Shown: positions 24,388 to 36,709 of the stretch, piece after piece
Position numbering within the stretch: position 1 is the stretch's first letter
Layout of the letters: the number at the start of each line of letters is the position of its first letter
Assembly: GCA_002269645.1 (NCBI GenBank)
Contig: NIVC01004218.1
Location: 1 to 54,408 of the forward strand
DNA length: 54,408 bases
Direction of reading: 5' to 3'
DNA from: Macrostomum lignano
Taxonomy: Eukaryota
Position numbers and translations under genes: made by a program
The notes under the pieces: model-generated
Databases searched by the model: none
Told to the model about the DNA's origin: nothing
What the model saw: the letters and a program-made list of their open reading frames with translations, nothing else

Positions 24388-24685
24388 CATACATGTGCAA
24401 CCTCCAAAATTCGGTCAGCCGTGCGACTTAGTTTTAACAAAAATGCGACGTAGTTTTTGGCCAAAAATGCGACTTACATATAAAAAAACCCGAAAGCAAA
24501 ATTAACGCAACTTTGGGTAAACGGCAGGAGTAACTATGACTGTTTTATTAAGCTAAAATGCCTCGTCAGCTACTTAGTACTACTCTTCAGGTTATTTTTT
24601 GGGTGGGCATTTTTGCGACTTCCTTGATTGGCCGCCAAATCGGTCGGCCGGATCGGCCGACTCGGCCGACTGTTGCGCATGTATG
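24388..24685. mobile_element. hAT-type MITE, copy B (298 bp, intact)
   Basis: 14-bp TIR CATACATG(T/C)GCAAC; perfect 8-bp TSD ATGGTAGC at 24380-24387 and 24686-24693. Confidence 0.9.
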
Positions 24686-24970
24686 ATGGTAGCCATCTAT
24701 CAAGTATTTTAATTGTATACATGGCAGCTATCTAGACCTACCTAATATTCTAAATTACATATATAGCAACTGGCAGATGGGCAATATAGTGAATTGCAAA
24801 TCCAAATTAGATCTTTTCTCTCAAATCTGCATATTGCTAGGCCCTACTCTTAAACTTATTTAATAATTTATTAATTTTTTATCTCCTGTACAATATAATC
24901 TTAATTTATAGCTATTTTTGTGGCAGTTGTTATTTGTCTGGTGACTGGACGAATAGCGATGTGGTTATTT

Positions 24971-27900
24971 TAGAGATGGACCGAAATTTCGATTTCGATT
25001 TCGATTTTCCGAAATTCGGACTTTTTTCACTGAATTTCGATTTCGGACAAATTTCGGAAATCGGAATTTCGACGAACAATTTTTCCGAAAATTATTCAAC
25101 TGATTTGTTTCCCACTGATTGTATTAAGAAATGATAGGAAGTAAGTAGTAATGCATATCTTTCATTCAGCAAACAGACTTTTTAGTAGGTCCAAGCGCTG
25201 CGAATTAAATTGAAAAGAATCAGCTTTTTAACTACGTGCCCAGTAGCTGGACTTAGTTATAACAACTTAGAGTTCCGAGTATTTTCTGTGGTGCTGAGTG
25301 AAACCAGTAAATTGCCAGTAAATGTCAATGTGTTATTTCATTGGATAGAGATTGGGGTGGGAAGGGTAAGATTTTTGTGGCTACAAGCCTGTCATCAGTG
25401 CCGAACTCTACTATTGGCTATTGGTTTGACCGTTTGGTTGGGTGGGCCGGTATACGTGTACATATATAAACGAAATACATGTAAGAAGCTCACAGAATGT
25501 TTTAATTAAAATTGCGAATAAAGGATATTATCAGGCTCAAGTATCTGACCGGTGACCAAAGTTCTGTTAGAAATTGTATATAGTAGCCAGCAATTAAGGT
25601 TTTTTTCAACTACCTCTCTCTCGATTTTTGCATTACCATGCCAAAAGTAAAGGCTCCAATCCATGACTATTTTAAATTGTCTTCCGACTTACTCACTGCG
25701 GAATGCAAGGAGTGTGGAAAAAAGTATCGAGAGGAAAAGATCCTCGCAAACCATCCAATAGTGGGATGCGGCCTGCATCTCAAAAATCACCACCCCGAAC
25801 TGCATGACACTCGAGAAGAAGCAGATCTTGAGAAGTCGCTAAGAAAGCGTGCTGCTGAGGAGTTGCAAGAAGAGGCCCGAGCTTTTTTGCCTACTGAGAA
25901 AAAAGAACGATTGAAGCAGCTCACCATTGAGCAGACGCGTGATTCCGTGAACGAACTGCCGTCTGGGACGCCTCGCATCCAAAAGCCATGGAATTAACTA
26001 AATTGATCGGTGGGTGATACTAACTTAGTAACTTAACTATATTTTGACATTTACATGTACATGTAGATTATACGATCAAAGCTTTGTACTTGTACATTCT
26101 GCATGCAGTAGCTACACGTACTTCATGGATTAAAAATGTTCTAAAACAAAAACTCCAGAATGGAGAAGCTTCATGATTCCTGTCTTGAACTATTTACATT
26201 TTATGCACTGCAATACAAGAAACGAAAATGTATTGCATACATCTTTTACATGTAGTATAGCTAGCTAAGGAATGTTCACTACTTTTGTCTTTTATACCCA
26301 AAACAGGAAAGATGCTGGCGGTGGATCACCTACCGTTCACGTTTGTTGAAAATCCTGGCTTTTCTGCTCTTCTGAAATTCCTGGCGCCGAACTACGAGAT
26401 CCCGTCACGCAAGCATTTTGCAGAAGTGGTCGTACCCACCATTTATGAAGAGGTCCGCTCGTCTGTTCGAACTATGTTAGACGGGGTTGACGCCGTCGCG
26501 TGCACGAGCGACGAATGGACATCAATGCAAGGAAAGTGGTCTGTTGTCAGCCTGACAGTTCATGCAATTACTGATGAATTCAAGCTGCGTAAGGCAATCC
26601 TTTGCAGTGCACCTATCAACGGTGCTTCATCCGGAGTGAACATTGCAAGCTCCTTGAAGAATGTTTTGAGCGACTGGAATGTGCAGGAAAAACTTGTGAA
26701 GGTCGTTACTGACGAAGGCTCTGCCATGCAAGTTGCTTGCCGCGAACTCCAAGTAAGGATAAACTTTAAAAACTGTAAAAAATTTGCGCTGGGTTCTCAT
26801 TTTTGCTTAATGGACCCTCTCATTTGGCCTCTCATTCTGTCTCTTTGTACATCTTATTAGGTCCCACGCGTGTCCTGTACGATTCACAAGCTGCAAAATT
26901 GCATCCGCGACAGCGTCCCAGACGATGCTAACAAGCAGTGCGTCCAAAGATCGGTTGGCGATCTGCTTTCCAGGATGCGCATCGTTGTGCGTCACTTCAG
27001 CCAGTCTCCCAAGGCACATCGCGAATGGAACGATTGCTGCACTTCACTGAAAGCTGCGTCATTCAAGGGGTTGATTCAGGATGTACGGACTCGAATCCTC
27101 GATGGGATTCGCAGGTTGCAATGCTGGAGTCTTTCCGAGATCAGGTAAAAATCGAACTTACTATCGTTGCCTTTTTACCGATATTTTTATGTAATTTTCT
27201 TATTTTTTGTTATTGGAAATGATTTTGTGCATCCATAGTACTGTATATAGTATATACAGTAGTCATTTAATTAGTATAATTATATATATACTGTATCCAT
27301 ATTTTACATTTTTGCATCCATTAAATTAAGGCCCAGGTTGTTCGGCTATACTGTGCCAAGTACAAAATTGGAGCCACACTTTCTTGCGCTGATTGGGATC
27401 TGATCGAGCCACTCATCTTTCTGCTCCGACCAATTCGCGACCTTGGGCTCTGGTTCTCTGGAGGAGGATTAGTGAGCACTGTTCTGCCTAAGGTAATTCT
27501 GTTTTTTTAATTCAATCAAACATATCACTTTTTATTAAATCAGTTAGAATCAGTCAAAATACAGATACATATCATATCGCTACGAAACTGAGTCTCAGAA
27601 ACAGCGGGAGATTGCTAACCAATAGCAGAGCTCCCGCTGAGCCTGCCACGAGCCTCCGAGCCTCGACCTGCCCCAAAATAGGATTGGACTCCTATTGAGC
27701 GATAGACTCTAGCTCGTATAGAGAAAGGCCCACCTTGTGTGAAAAGAGGTGCAAAGAATGTTTATTGAAGGGAAATAGGCGTCCTGGAAAAAAGCGCTTA
27801 GCAAGTTTGATTGCTGGAGTTCTGTCAAATAATGGTTTTGCAGAATACAGATAAATCCTTTGCTAGCAGGGAGTCAAGGTGTAATAATATAACTATATGC

Positions 27901-29391
27901 ACGTGGCACAGGCTCCAATTCGACGCGAGACTTAGCAGTTACAATTTTATAGGCAATTTTGTAGCATTGAATGCAGCTGGGTATTATTGGGAATTAGCTA
28001 CAGCATACAATGCATGCATACACGTATTGTATGAGTCATTGTATAACTGCACTCTGTTATGCAAAAGTAAAACATTATTAACAAAACATTACAGATCCGC
28101 GGACTGCACAAGTTTTTGTCGGCAGCAGCTGAATCACGAGAAGCCGCAGGCGTGCAAACTCTTGCCAAGGCCATCAGCGAGTCGGTCCAGCGGTGGTTTT
28201 CGAAAGTGCTCGAACTTTCAAACGAGGTATTCGTCATTTCAACTGTGCTGGACCCACACTACCGTACGTGTGACCTTGGATTCCAGGGAGACCCGGCCAG
28301 TGTGCTTCGTGCTCACGAAGCAGTTCTTTGTGCAGCCGGCAGAAGCAGCCCAGCAGATGACAGCGTCGAGACTGTCATAGCTGATGCTCCGAGCTACTCA
28401 GCCATTTCTTCTGCTGCTGATCATAGTGCCTTCAACCTTGAAGCCTTTGACGATTGGTCCGGTCCTGTGGGGCACAGCTCACCCAAGTTGAGGTGCCAGT
28501 CGCAAGTTTCTGCAGCTGATGAGCTGCATCGCTACACTAGTGAAGCGCCTCTGTCCAGGCCTCGAGACGCAAAAATGCAGACGGCCAACACGCTGCGCTG
28601 GTGGTCGGTGAACCGCTTTAAGTATCCGCTACTAGCCAAAGTAGCTCGGAGGTTCCTTGCCGTGCCGCCATCCAGCGCCGATTCAGAGCGGCTCTTCAGT
28701 GCAGAAAGTCTCATCGTTACGGAAAAGAGAAATCGACTTTCACCGGAGACGGCGCAAATGCTATTATTTATCGACGGAAATTTAAATATTAAAATTTAGC
28801 AATTACGCTCGTGTCTTTCACTTTTAAGTTCAGACTGTCGACCAAAAAACTCTTTTATGCATGAATTATAACTACAGTGCAATAGCTACAATTATAGCCG
28901 CGTGTACATACGACAATGCTGCAGCTAGTTACATGTACATGTACAGTTACATTACATGTACAATTCCTTCTTATTTTTACGTGTAAACTTTCTTATTTAT
29001 GTACTAACAATAGGTTTCCACCAAATGTTTAATAATACACTCATCGATTCAATGCCACAATGTTGTTTCGTATATCTTAATTGTTAAATATGTTAAACAA
29101 TTCCTTGACGAATTAAGATTACGAATACTCTAATTTGCCTTTCACTTGTATGTAGTCTTTAAGATCCTTGAAATTCTTTTCTGGAAAATTCAACGTTCAA
29201 ATTTAAGTACGTGTTCAGCCCACATAACAAATTTAATCGGAAGGTTAAGTTAATTTAATTTATTATACTAAAAACTATATAAATTCAATAATACTTAAAA
29301 CATTTCGATTTCGGAACTTTCCGAAATTGAGTTGCCCACTTTCGATTTCGATTTCGATTTCGATTGAAATTCTGCTTTCGGTCCATCTCTA
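24971..29391 (+). mobile_element. hAT DNA transposon, 4421 bp, full length
   Basis: 15-bp perfect TIR TAGAGATGGACCGAA; perfect 8-bp TSD GGTTATTT (24963-24970, 29392-29399); subterminal TTCGAT repeats at both ends; contains a transposase gene. Confidence 0.96.
25638..28799 (+). pseudogene. hAT transposase, multi-exon, frameshifted as sequenced
   Basis: BED finger (CKEC...HLKNHH), LPFTFVENPGF, catalytic-type TSDEW and VTDEG, CxxH (CTIH), TR/WDS split by an 8-bp insertion, exon ~27339-27492 (DWDLIEPL), LDPHY, and C-terminal dimerisation domain RWW...YPLLAKVARRFLAVPPSSADSERLFS. Confidence 0.88.
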
Positions 29392-32300
29392 GGTTATTTG
29401 TCCAGTTACTGGATCCTGACTATGCTTTCTTATTTATCCGGTTAATACCGGACAAATAGACATTTTGTTATTTGTCTGGTTAAATAAATTGATAATTCTA
29501 AAAATTCTTGTTCATAAAAACCACAAGGGTAAATATTCCTAGACTTTAAAGACTTCTTACTCGTATCTTGATTATTATATTGTTATACTAGTATGTGTTT
29601 TATACACCAAATTATGCCGAATTGAATACACTGCTTTGCTTACACTCTAAAGAAATAATCATCAGTATACAAGAAAAGGTCCTAAAAATCTAGAATATTC
29701 ATTACGAAACAAATAAGATACTTGTGTTAGCAATTTAACTGGACAAATAGCAAAAAGGCTATTCGTCCGGTCACCGGACAAATAACAACTGCCATTTTTT
29801 GTTAATTCAAATATTGATTTCCAATAATTCAAGCAGTATATTATAACATACATACTATATAATAAGTAAAGATGTGCCGGCCATGCATGCAATTTAAACA
29901 CTGGGTGGATGGCTGCCATGCACACTAGCTCTCTGTATAATATAATATAAGTAACTAACTACATTTTTTAAAGTAGGGCCTAGCAGTAAAAAGTTAAAAA
30001 GCAAAAAGTTTTGCTTTTACTGCATTTTTACTGCATTTTATTGTACTTTATCTTTTTCTTTAGAATGTTCTATATTTGGTAATTTGGGTAGGCCTTCTGG
30101 GTAGGTAGACTTTGAAATTATGTAGGGCCTAACTCAAGTCTGTTTAGTAAATATCTGATAATTTTTGCTTAGGCCTATTTAATTAATGCGGATTGCAGAT
30201 ATGGTTCCTAAATGCCACATGTAGTCACATCTCATGAGCTTCTTCAGCTTCGAGATCGAGAAGCTTTTAAGCTTTCAACCTAGCCTTCCTTCGCGCTAGT
30301 CATATCTACTGGTTTCTTCTCAACGTTTAAACAGGGCTTAATAAAAAAGATCCGACTTAATAGGCCCTAACGATTGCAAGCCCATAGCCATAGACCCAAA
30401 CGCCATAGGGCCTACCCTAGCTAGCTATGGGCCATGGAATTATCCTAGCCTTTAATACCACTCCCTCTATATCGCTACAAATGTCTTAAGCTTATGTCTT
30501 TACATGCTTAGTACCTCGATACCAGGCGACGGAATGGTCATCTAATCAACACACATTCAACACGGTTATAATATTGATCGTTCGTTTCGTTATACTAGAC
30601 GGGCACTGCCAGCAGCCACAATGCACCCTTTTACTTTTACTTTGATAAGTAGCTAGCGTTTCAGCCCCTAGCCGGGGCTCTACCGCTAATAATACATTAT
30701 TTAGAATCGAAATATTAATTTTACGTAGGACCTCCAACGCGTCCGACCGTGAAGCCTTTCTTCATTTTACTGTTCAAAAAGGGGGAAATTATTTCAATAA
30801 CAATAACAAATATCTAACTAATTAAAATTATGTTTAATCTAGCTTTACAAAAACTGCTTAAAACAATAAAAAGGGGCGTCAGAAAAAATTAATAAGAAAT
30901 AAAAAAATTTAAAGATTTATTACACGATAAGAACAGAAAAAGTAAAAATATTTTTCTGGTTTTTTACACTTAGGCGTGGTGGGGCTTGTGTTTAATTAAT
31001 TTAGTAAATATTTATATATATATAGATTACAGATAGTAATATTTAGATTTAGCAACGTCTGAACTTTGGCTGTCAGACTGACCAAGGATAGACTATACAT
31101 GAGAGAAATCGGGCTTCCGACTTCTAGACCGACCGGCCCATGGAGAACATATAAGTTAAAGAGGTACGCCACTCATAAAAATCGTACAAATTTCACAGGC
31201 TGGTTTTCGTTACAAAATGTGTAAACATGTCGGATTCTTTAAGTTTTTAGCAATGAATTCCCAGTAATCTCGTTTCCTGAACTTACCAAATTACAAATTG
31301 AGCAACTAACATTCTTTAGCTTTTACGCCGGCAAACATGCAGTGTACCATGTATGTTGCTTACTGTGAATGAGGTTTTAATTTTTAATAGCATTTTATAA
31401 GGTTTGTTACTTGTACACACGTACATGCACGATATGAGTAGCACTAGCAGACAGCTAGGAGTCCCGTCTCATTAGCAGGCATTCCGATGTAAGTAAAGTG
31501 ACATATACACTTTTGCTATGCAACTGATTACATACATGTACGCAGAGAGACATGTCAAGAGATGTCTAGAGATGTAGAGATTGTACATGTATGTCAAAAT
31601 ATCGGCAGTACCTAAGGTCCGTGATCAACACTTTTAGGCTACTGATGGGTTTCGACCTTTCGGCCCCCTTTTGGGGAAGCCTTCGGGCCTCAGGTCTCAG
31701 AAATAAATCGATTAGAGTCCTGACCCCCCAGCCCCATGGTAGCTTGATCGTGTGGCGAGCAGTCTAGGTCCTATAGCTAAGAGAGGGACAGCGAGAGACA
31801 TTTTGAAAATGAGATCAGCTAATCCGCAGATTAGCTAACTCGCTGCCACCAGCCCGTACGTCCTGGCTCACCACACCGGGACTCTCGAAATCGGGCTTCC
31901 GACTAGAAGGGCTGTGCACTTACCTGCCAACTAGTGTCTTTTTGCTGTCAATCTCGAAGTCATAGCCGATGATAAGGGACACTGCTAGCTGGGACTAGAT
32001 CGCATTGGCCATGCAGGTACAGAGGGGACTTGTGCAGGGGATTCTTGCAGTGGCGAGACTATGGGGTAGCTACATGTATTATTACATTGCTAAACACGAA
32101 AGATTGTACTTTTGGCCTTTAACGCGCCAACTAGCCTCTCATAGCGCTGATGATAGACTAACTCGAACATCAGAGACCGCATGATTCATCACCCGAGCCG
32201 CTTGGCTAACCTAGAGTGCACAGAGTACATCTCTGGCGCCGATTTTGCACTATTGGCAATTTCGCTAACTGATTTGATAGATTGATCGACTGAGAACTGC

Positions 32301-35300
32301 CTTGCCATTGGTCCACTGTGACCGGCGCCTACTAGCTTAGCTATTCATCTGAGCCATCGGCGAACAAATAGTCAGTTACGCAATTCTAAACTCCAATTAC
32401 GCAAAACTCCAATTCTAATTGGAGTTTTAGACTACTAGCAGTATTATTGAATGACTTCCGCCTCGATTACAGCACTACTGAACAAAATGAGCAAAGGTGT
32501 GCGCCTAATTCAGCTACTGAAACAGGAGACAGATAAGGAATCACCCAATCAAGCAAGTCTAGGCAGCCTCTCACCCAACCAATCAGAAACTCAACAGCCG
32601 GAGACCAGGTAATCCACAGTGACCGAATCGGCTTAGTGCTTCGCAGCTGTAGACCCGGGATGATGCTGATGTCACAATCTTCGCAGATAGCTAGCAGGTG
32701 ATGTTCTTAATCTTGCTGTTCGCTGCTGACGACCGGGGGGATTCGTCCTTGATGATGATGGGGGGAGTCGTGATCCGGGGATCAAGAGACGACGGTCGAG
32801 CTCCGGGAGGTCTAAGTTAGGCCAAGATCCCAGGAGAGGGGTAGGTCCGAGCGGGCCAAAAACACCGGTCTAAATAGCCGCCAACTGGATCGCAGTTTGT
32901 TATAATGGAACACGTCGATTCTGATTGGCTGAGCCGATTTGTTAAAATGAGCGTCGAATTCTCTGATTGGCTAAGCTGGTTGCTACCCAGAATCACGTGA
33001 CCGGGAGATCCTATCAGTTCCCTCGGGGTCGTAAAAACATGACAGGTGCGGCCATAAATCAATCAAAATCGCAACAAAATGATTTATGACTTTTCGCGTA
33101 GAATTGACAAAAATTAATGAAAAAATATACATTAGAAAGCTCTTATTAAATAGAAAGTGAAGATAATGAAGAGAAATTGCTAATCGCTAATCCCAAAGTA
33201 CTTTTAGGGGTAAAACGCATAGCTGTCAAAGCTGTCACACGCTTGAGTGAACACGAACAATAGGCTCTGACCTCATAAATCTTGATGGTCTGTCAAAATG
33301 ATGAGAAAAAAAGCTACCGCCCGCATCCTCTCAGACCATCTGGCGCCCGCCTCAACACTGAGTGAGGCGCAGGTGGCTGTCAGAACAGCTTCGAAAGCGA
33401 TGATGTATGACCCAAAAAGCTGCGCCTATGTTATTATGACTACTAGTATGACCAAACATTATAATCTAGTATAGATTTTATGACAATTCGCAGAAAAGGA
33501 TAAAAATGCCCATTGCCCACTGTTAGTAGGCTAGTAAGTTTAGAGCCCATGTGCTAGCGCGGGATTTGGAAAAAAGTGCGTCCTCATCACTACGTTAGCA
33601 GAGTACATGTTTATATTATGCACATAAGCCCCCATAAATTATTTGCAGGAAAAATGCCATTGAGACTTGCCAAGCTATTAACATATACTTGTAAATGAGT
33701 TTTGCTAGAAAGGGAAAGGTAAATTCTAAGTAACTATTAAACAACGTTACTAATTTTTTCACACAGGATCGAGGAAAAGTTTTGTTACTTTTAAGGGTAA
33801 CGATCGTAATTAATTTCGTCAGCCACGTGTGTACTGTTACTTGTATGCATGAGATGGATACTCGCAGCTAGTCAGTAGTGCAAAACCTTGATTTTTATCA
33901 TCGAGATTATCCAATCATCGTGTCAATGGTGACCTTTCGAATTCTATTCACGTACATTTACATGTACTATTTATAGTGCAGACCGCAACTCATTCAATTA
34001 CAATTGTCAGATCAGATGAATGAACAAGCTCATTTAGATCTATGTGAATCGGCTTTTAATTCGTAGCAAGAGGAGGTCAGTTAGGTACACTTCTGTTGCT
34101 GAGGCACAGTAATCATCGGACTGCCTCTGCAGACCTCGATCAACACGACCTATAACCCTCCTGCACCCGGCATGCGGCCGGAACCGCTGCAGTTGCAATC
34201 AGATTTTTGTTTAAACCCTGGGACTGACCGCAGCGCGCTCGACCGCCCGACATGCAGTCCATGTAGACTCTGAAATATACTGCGCGTCTTTTTCCCATTC
34301 GAAAGGATCGTTGTGTTTTTTTTTCCTTTATATGTGTATTTTTATACAGTACACTAACAGCCTGTGCAAAATTTCAACGTAACCTGAAGATCGTACGCAA
34401 CGTAGTAGTACCCGACATCGCTTGGCGTCGCTGGCAAAGGGTCGCTCTTAAATTATACGACGTTTAGCCCGGCCACGTAAAACGTTGTCATCCGTTGGCG
34501 TAATGCATGTAAAAAAACATTTTTGCCAGCGCGACGCCGATGGACGTCAAAACGTCGAGTTGCTGTACGGCTTGCATGCAATATTGCTACGTTTATTACA
34601 TGTAGTTCGTACACGCAACTAAAATTCCAGATAAATTCTCCAATGCATGCAGATACATGTACATTTCCAATGTGTAGTGCAAAACCGAAGCGAAGCAGGG
34701 TTGAAAAAAGCTAGCTTTGGTGTAACTTCGACTAGAGTGTAATTGTCCCGGCCCGGCGGTTGGATATTCTTCTTCAGCAAGCCAGTAAAACCGCATGCCC
34801 GAATAACTTCCTTGACGGCATGCAGAACGATAACGGTGCGAGTTGTATAGTACAGTTATATGCATTATATATACAATGCACTGTGCAACTGCAACGATTC
34901 TAGCTTGTCGGGCTATTGCTGCAAAAAGGGTGTCTTACATGTATATGGCAGATCCTATATTTTCTTCAACAAAACAAATAAAATATCAGTCAAGTTGTTG
35001 TTTTATGTTTAAACAAATTAAAAACTAAGAAACTATTTTATAACTATATAAATTAAGCGACTGCAGCTATTAAAATGGATCCAGAAATGTACCTTGTACT
35101 TTCGCTTCAGACGCCACATGGGTTTTACTGATGGCGCCTAAATGATGGTTGCACCCCAATACCACTACAGAAAAAATAAAATTTGCCATAAGCTCCCAGT
35201 AATAATGCGTCACTCAGAACGGAATTCTCGAGTGGCATTAAAGGTAAGACATCTTCCATAAAAACAATATTTAAGCTAAAAAAGTTTATGCGCTTCATAT

Positions 35301-35571
35301 TGCACGCAGGATTAGCATTTACGAGCCATGTACTCGTATAAATGCGTCTAACGGATTGAGACAGGCCATGCAGTGGTTTCACATTTTGATTCGAGCTTTA
35401 GGAGAGCGAAATTCAACAGCATATAGTGCAAAGGATCCGCGAAAAGAGAGCGTGAGTAGATATTTCGTACAAGTACAGCTTGTGTGACATCCGAAATTCT
35501 CGTATATTCTCGTCAGCAGTTACTTTTCGCTTCTAGCAATACGAGCCGTAAACCTGACGATGCACCTATCC

Positions 35572-36003
35572 CAAAGGTCGACGAGCTCCGGCCCGAGGGC
35601 CACATGCGGCCCGCGAAGCCTCTCTCAGCTCTTCCGGTCCTCGGGTCCTTTGAAACTTCACAATAGCAATCCGGCCGCTCAAGGTTTTGTCTTCTCATCT
35701 CTCTTCTCAGTTCTTTCCAATCTCCTCTCTCCTCTCTCTCCTCTCCTCTCTCCTTTCTCTCCTATCTCCTCTCCTCTCTCCCTTCTCCTCTCTCTTTCCT
35801 CTTCTCCTCTCCTCTATTATTTTCTCTCATCGCATCTCTCATCGCATCTCTCATCTCGCCCCTCGCCTCTCACATCTCATATCTTCTTTAATCTCTCATA
35901 ATCTATACCATCCTCTTTTCTCTCTCCTCTATTCCCACTTCGTCTCGTATCCGGCCCGCAGCAATCATCTGGCCCCTGAGGTAAAAAAGTTTGTCGACCT
36001 CTG
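35572..36003. mobile_element. hAT (Charlie/Buster-like) MITE with CT-rich interior
   Basis: Imperfect TIRs CAAAGGTCGACGAGCT / (rc) CAGAGGTCGACAAACT; subterminal GGCCCGAGGGCCACATGCGGCCCGC; 7/8 TSD ACCTATCC / ACCTATTC with central TA. Confidence 0.75.
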
Positions 36004-36066
36004 ACCTATTCGGTACAGCAATCTGACCTCGGCGACGGGTGGCCGACGCTCCCGGCGTCTATCGAA

Positions 36067-36166
36067 GTCGATGACAGATATGTACTTTTACATCCCACCG
36101 AAGTTAAGCCGACGTACGGCGTCAATATCCGTCGATACAATGTAAAAGTACATATCTGTCATCGAC
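36067..36166. repeat. Perfect 27-bp inverted repeat with 46-nt spacer
   Basis: GTCGATGACAGATATGTACTTTTACAT (36067-36093) is the exact reverse complement of 36140-36166. Confidence 0.95.
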
Positions 36167-36709
36167 GTCGGATTGCTTTACGGGTATAAGTGCGAAATGG
36201 GTCGTGATTTTGATAAATCTCTATTTTTCTAATGATTGTTATTGAATCATTTTTGTCCTTACTAGCCAAGCAAGGAACGTTACCCAATGGAGATGAAATA
36301 CTGCTTTAAAATGTGAATTCATTCAACTCCGTCCAGAGTTGATTTCATGTGAAGCATGAAATATGCCTGCCAAGCCTTTTTTCTGATCTTTACTCTGCCT
36401 CCGCTTTCACGCGCTTCACGCTCTCTTACTGTTGTGCATCCTGACGTTCGGAATCTACGCAGCACTCTACAGTATTTGCAGCTGTGTTCATCTGTTCTCA
36501 TTGGCTGTTGCTTGTGCAGTGCCCAAACCAAATTCGCAATTTTCTTCCTGGGAGAGAGAAAGGGGGGTTCGGCGGTATACGAGCGTATATAGTTGCGGTA
36601 TATATAGTTACTGACGATGGCGATATTATAAATTCCAAACAGCTATCGGCTAAGCTTTCATGATAACTTCTCTGAACTGGATTCTGAATTTGCTTTGACT
36701 TAATCCGAC

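Larger units (their letters stand above)
24922..29793. mobile_element. Older inverted-repeat element (~0.45 kb net) split by the hAT insertion
   Basis: GGCAGTTGTTATTTGTCTGGTGACTGGACGAATAGC (from 24922) is the near-perfect reverse complement of 29758-29793; near-TSD ATTTTTGT / ATTTTTTGT; internal ATTTGTCCGGT-type subrepeats. Confidence 0.65.

Noticed and set aside
27811-28380. 189-aa ORF in the hAT
   Set aside because: Off-frame overlap of an intron and the last transposase exon; no motifs.
31640-31705. Possible hammerhead ribozyme (GTCGAAAC and CTGA on the minus strand, with hairpins)
   Set aside because: The CUGANGA core is not intact (CTGAGAC / CTGAGGC) and the stems do not close properly.
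34400-34570. Imperfect inverted repeat GGCGTCGCTGGCAAA / TTTGCCAGCGCGACGCC, and an AGTAGT that could be a Polinton end
   Set aside because: No defined termini or TSD, and 11 kb of host-type sequence separates it from the viral genes.
35125-35382. 85-aa ATG ORF
   Set aside because: No recognisable motif, splice context or neighbours.
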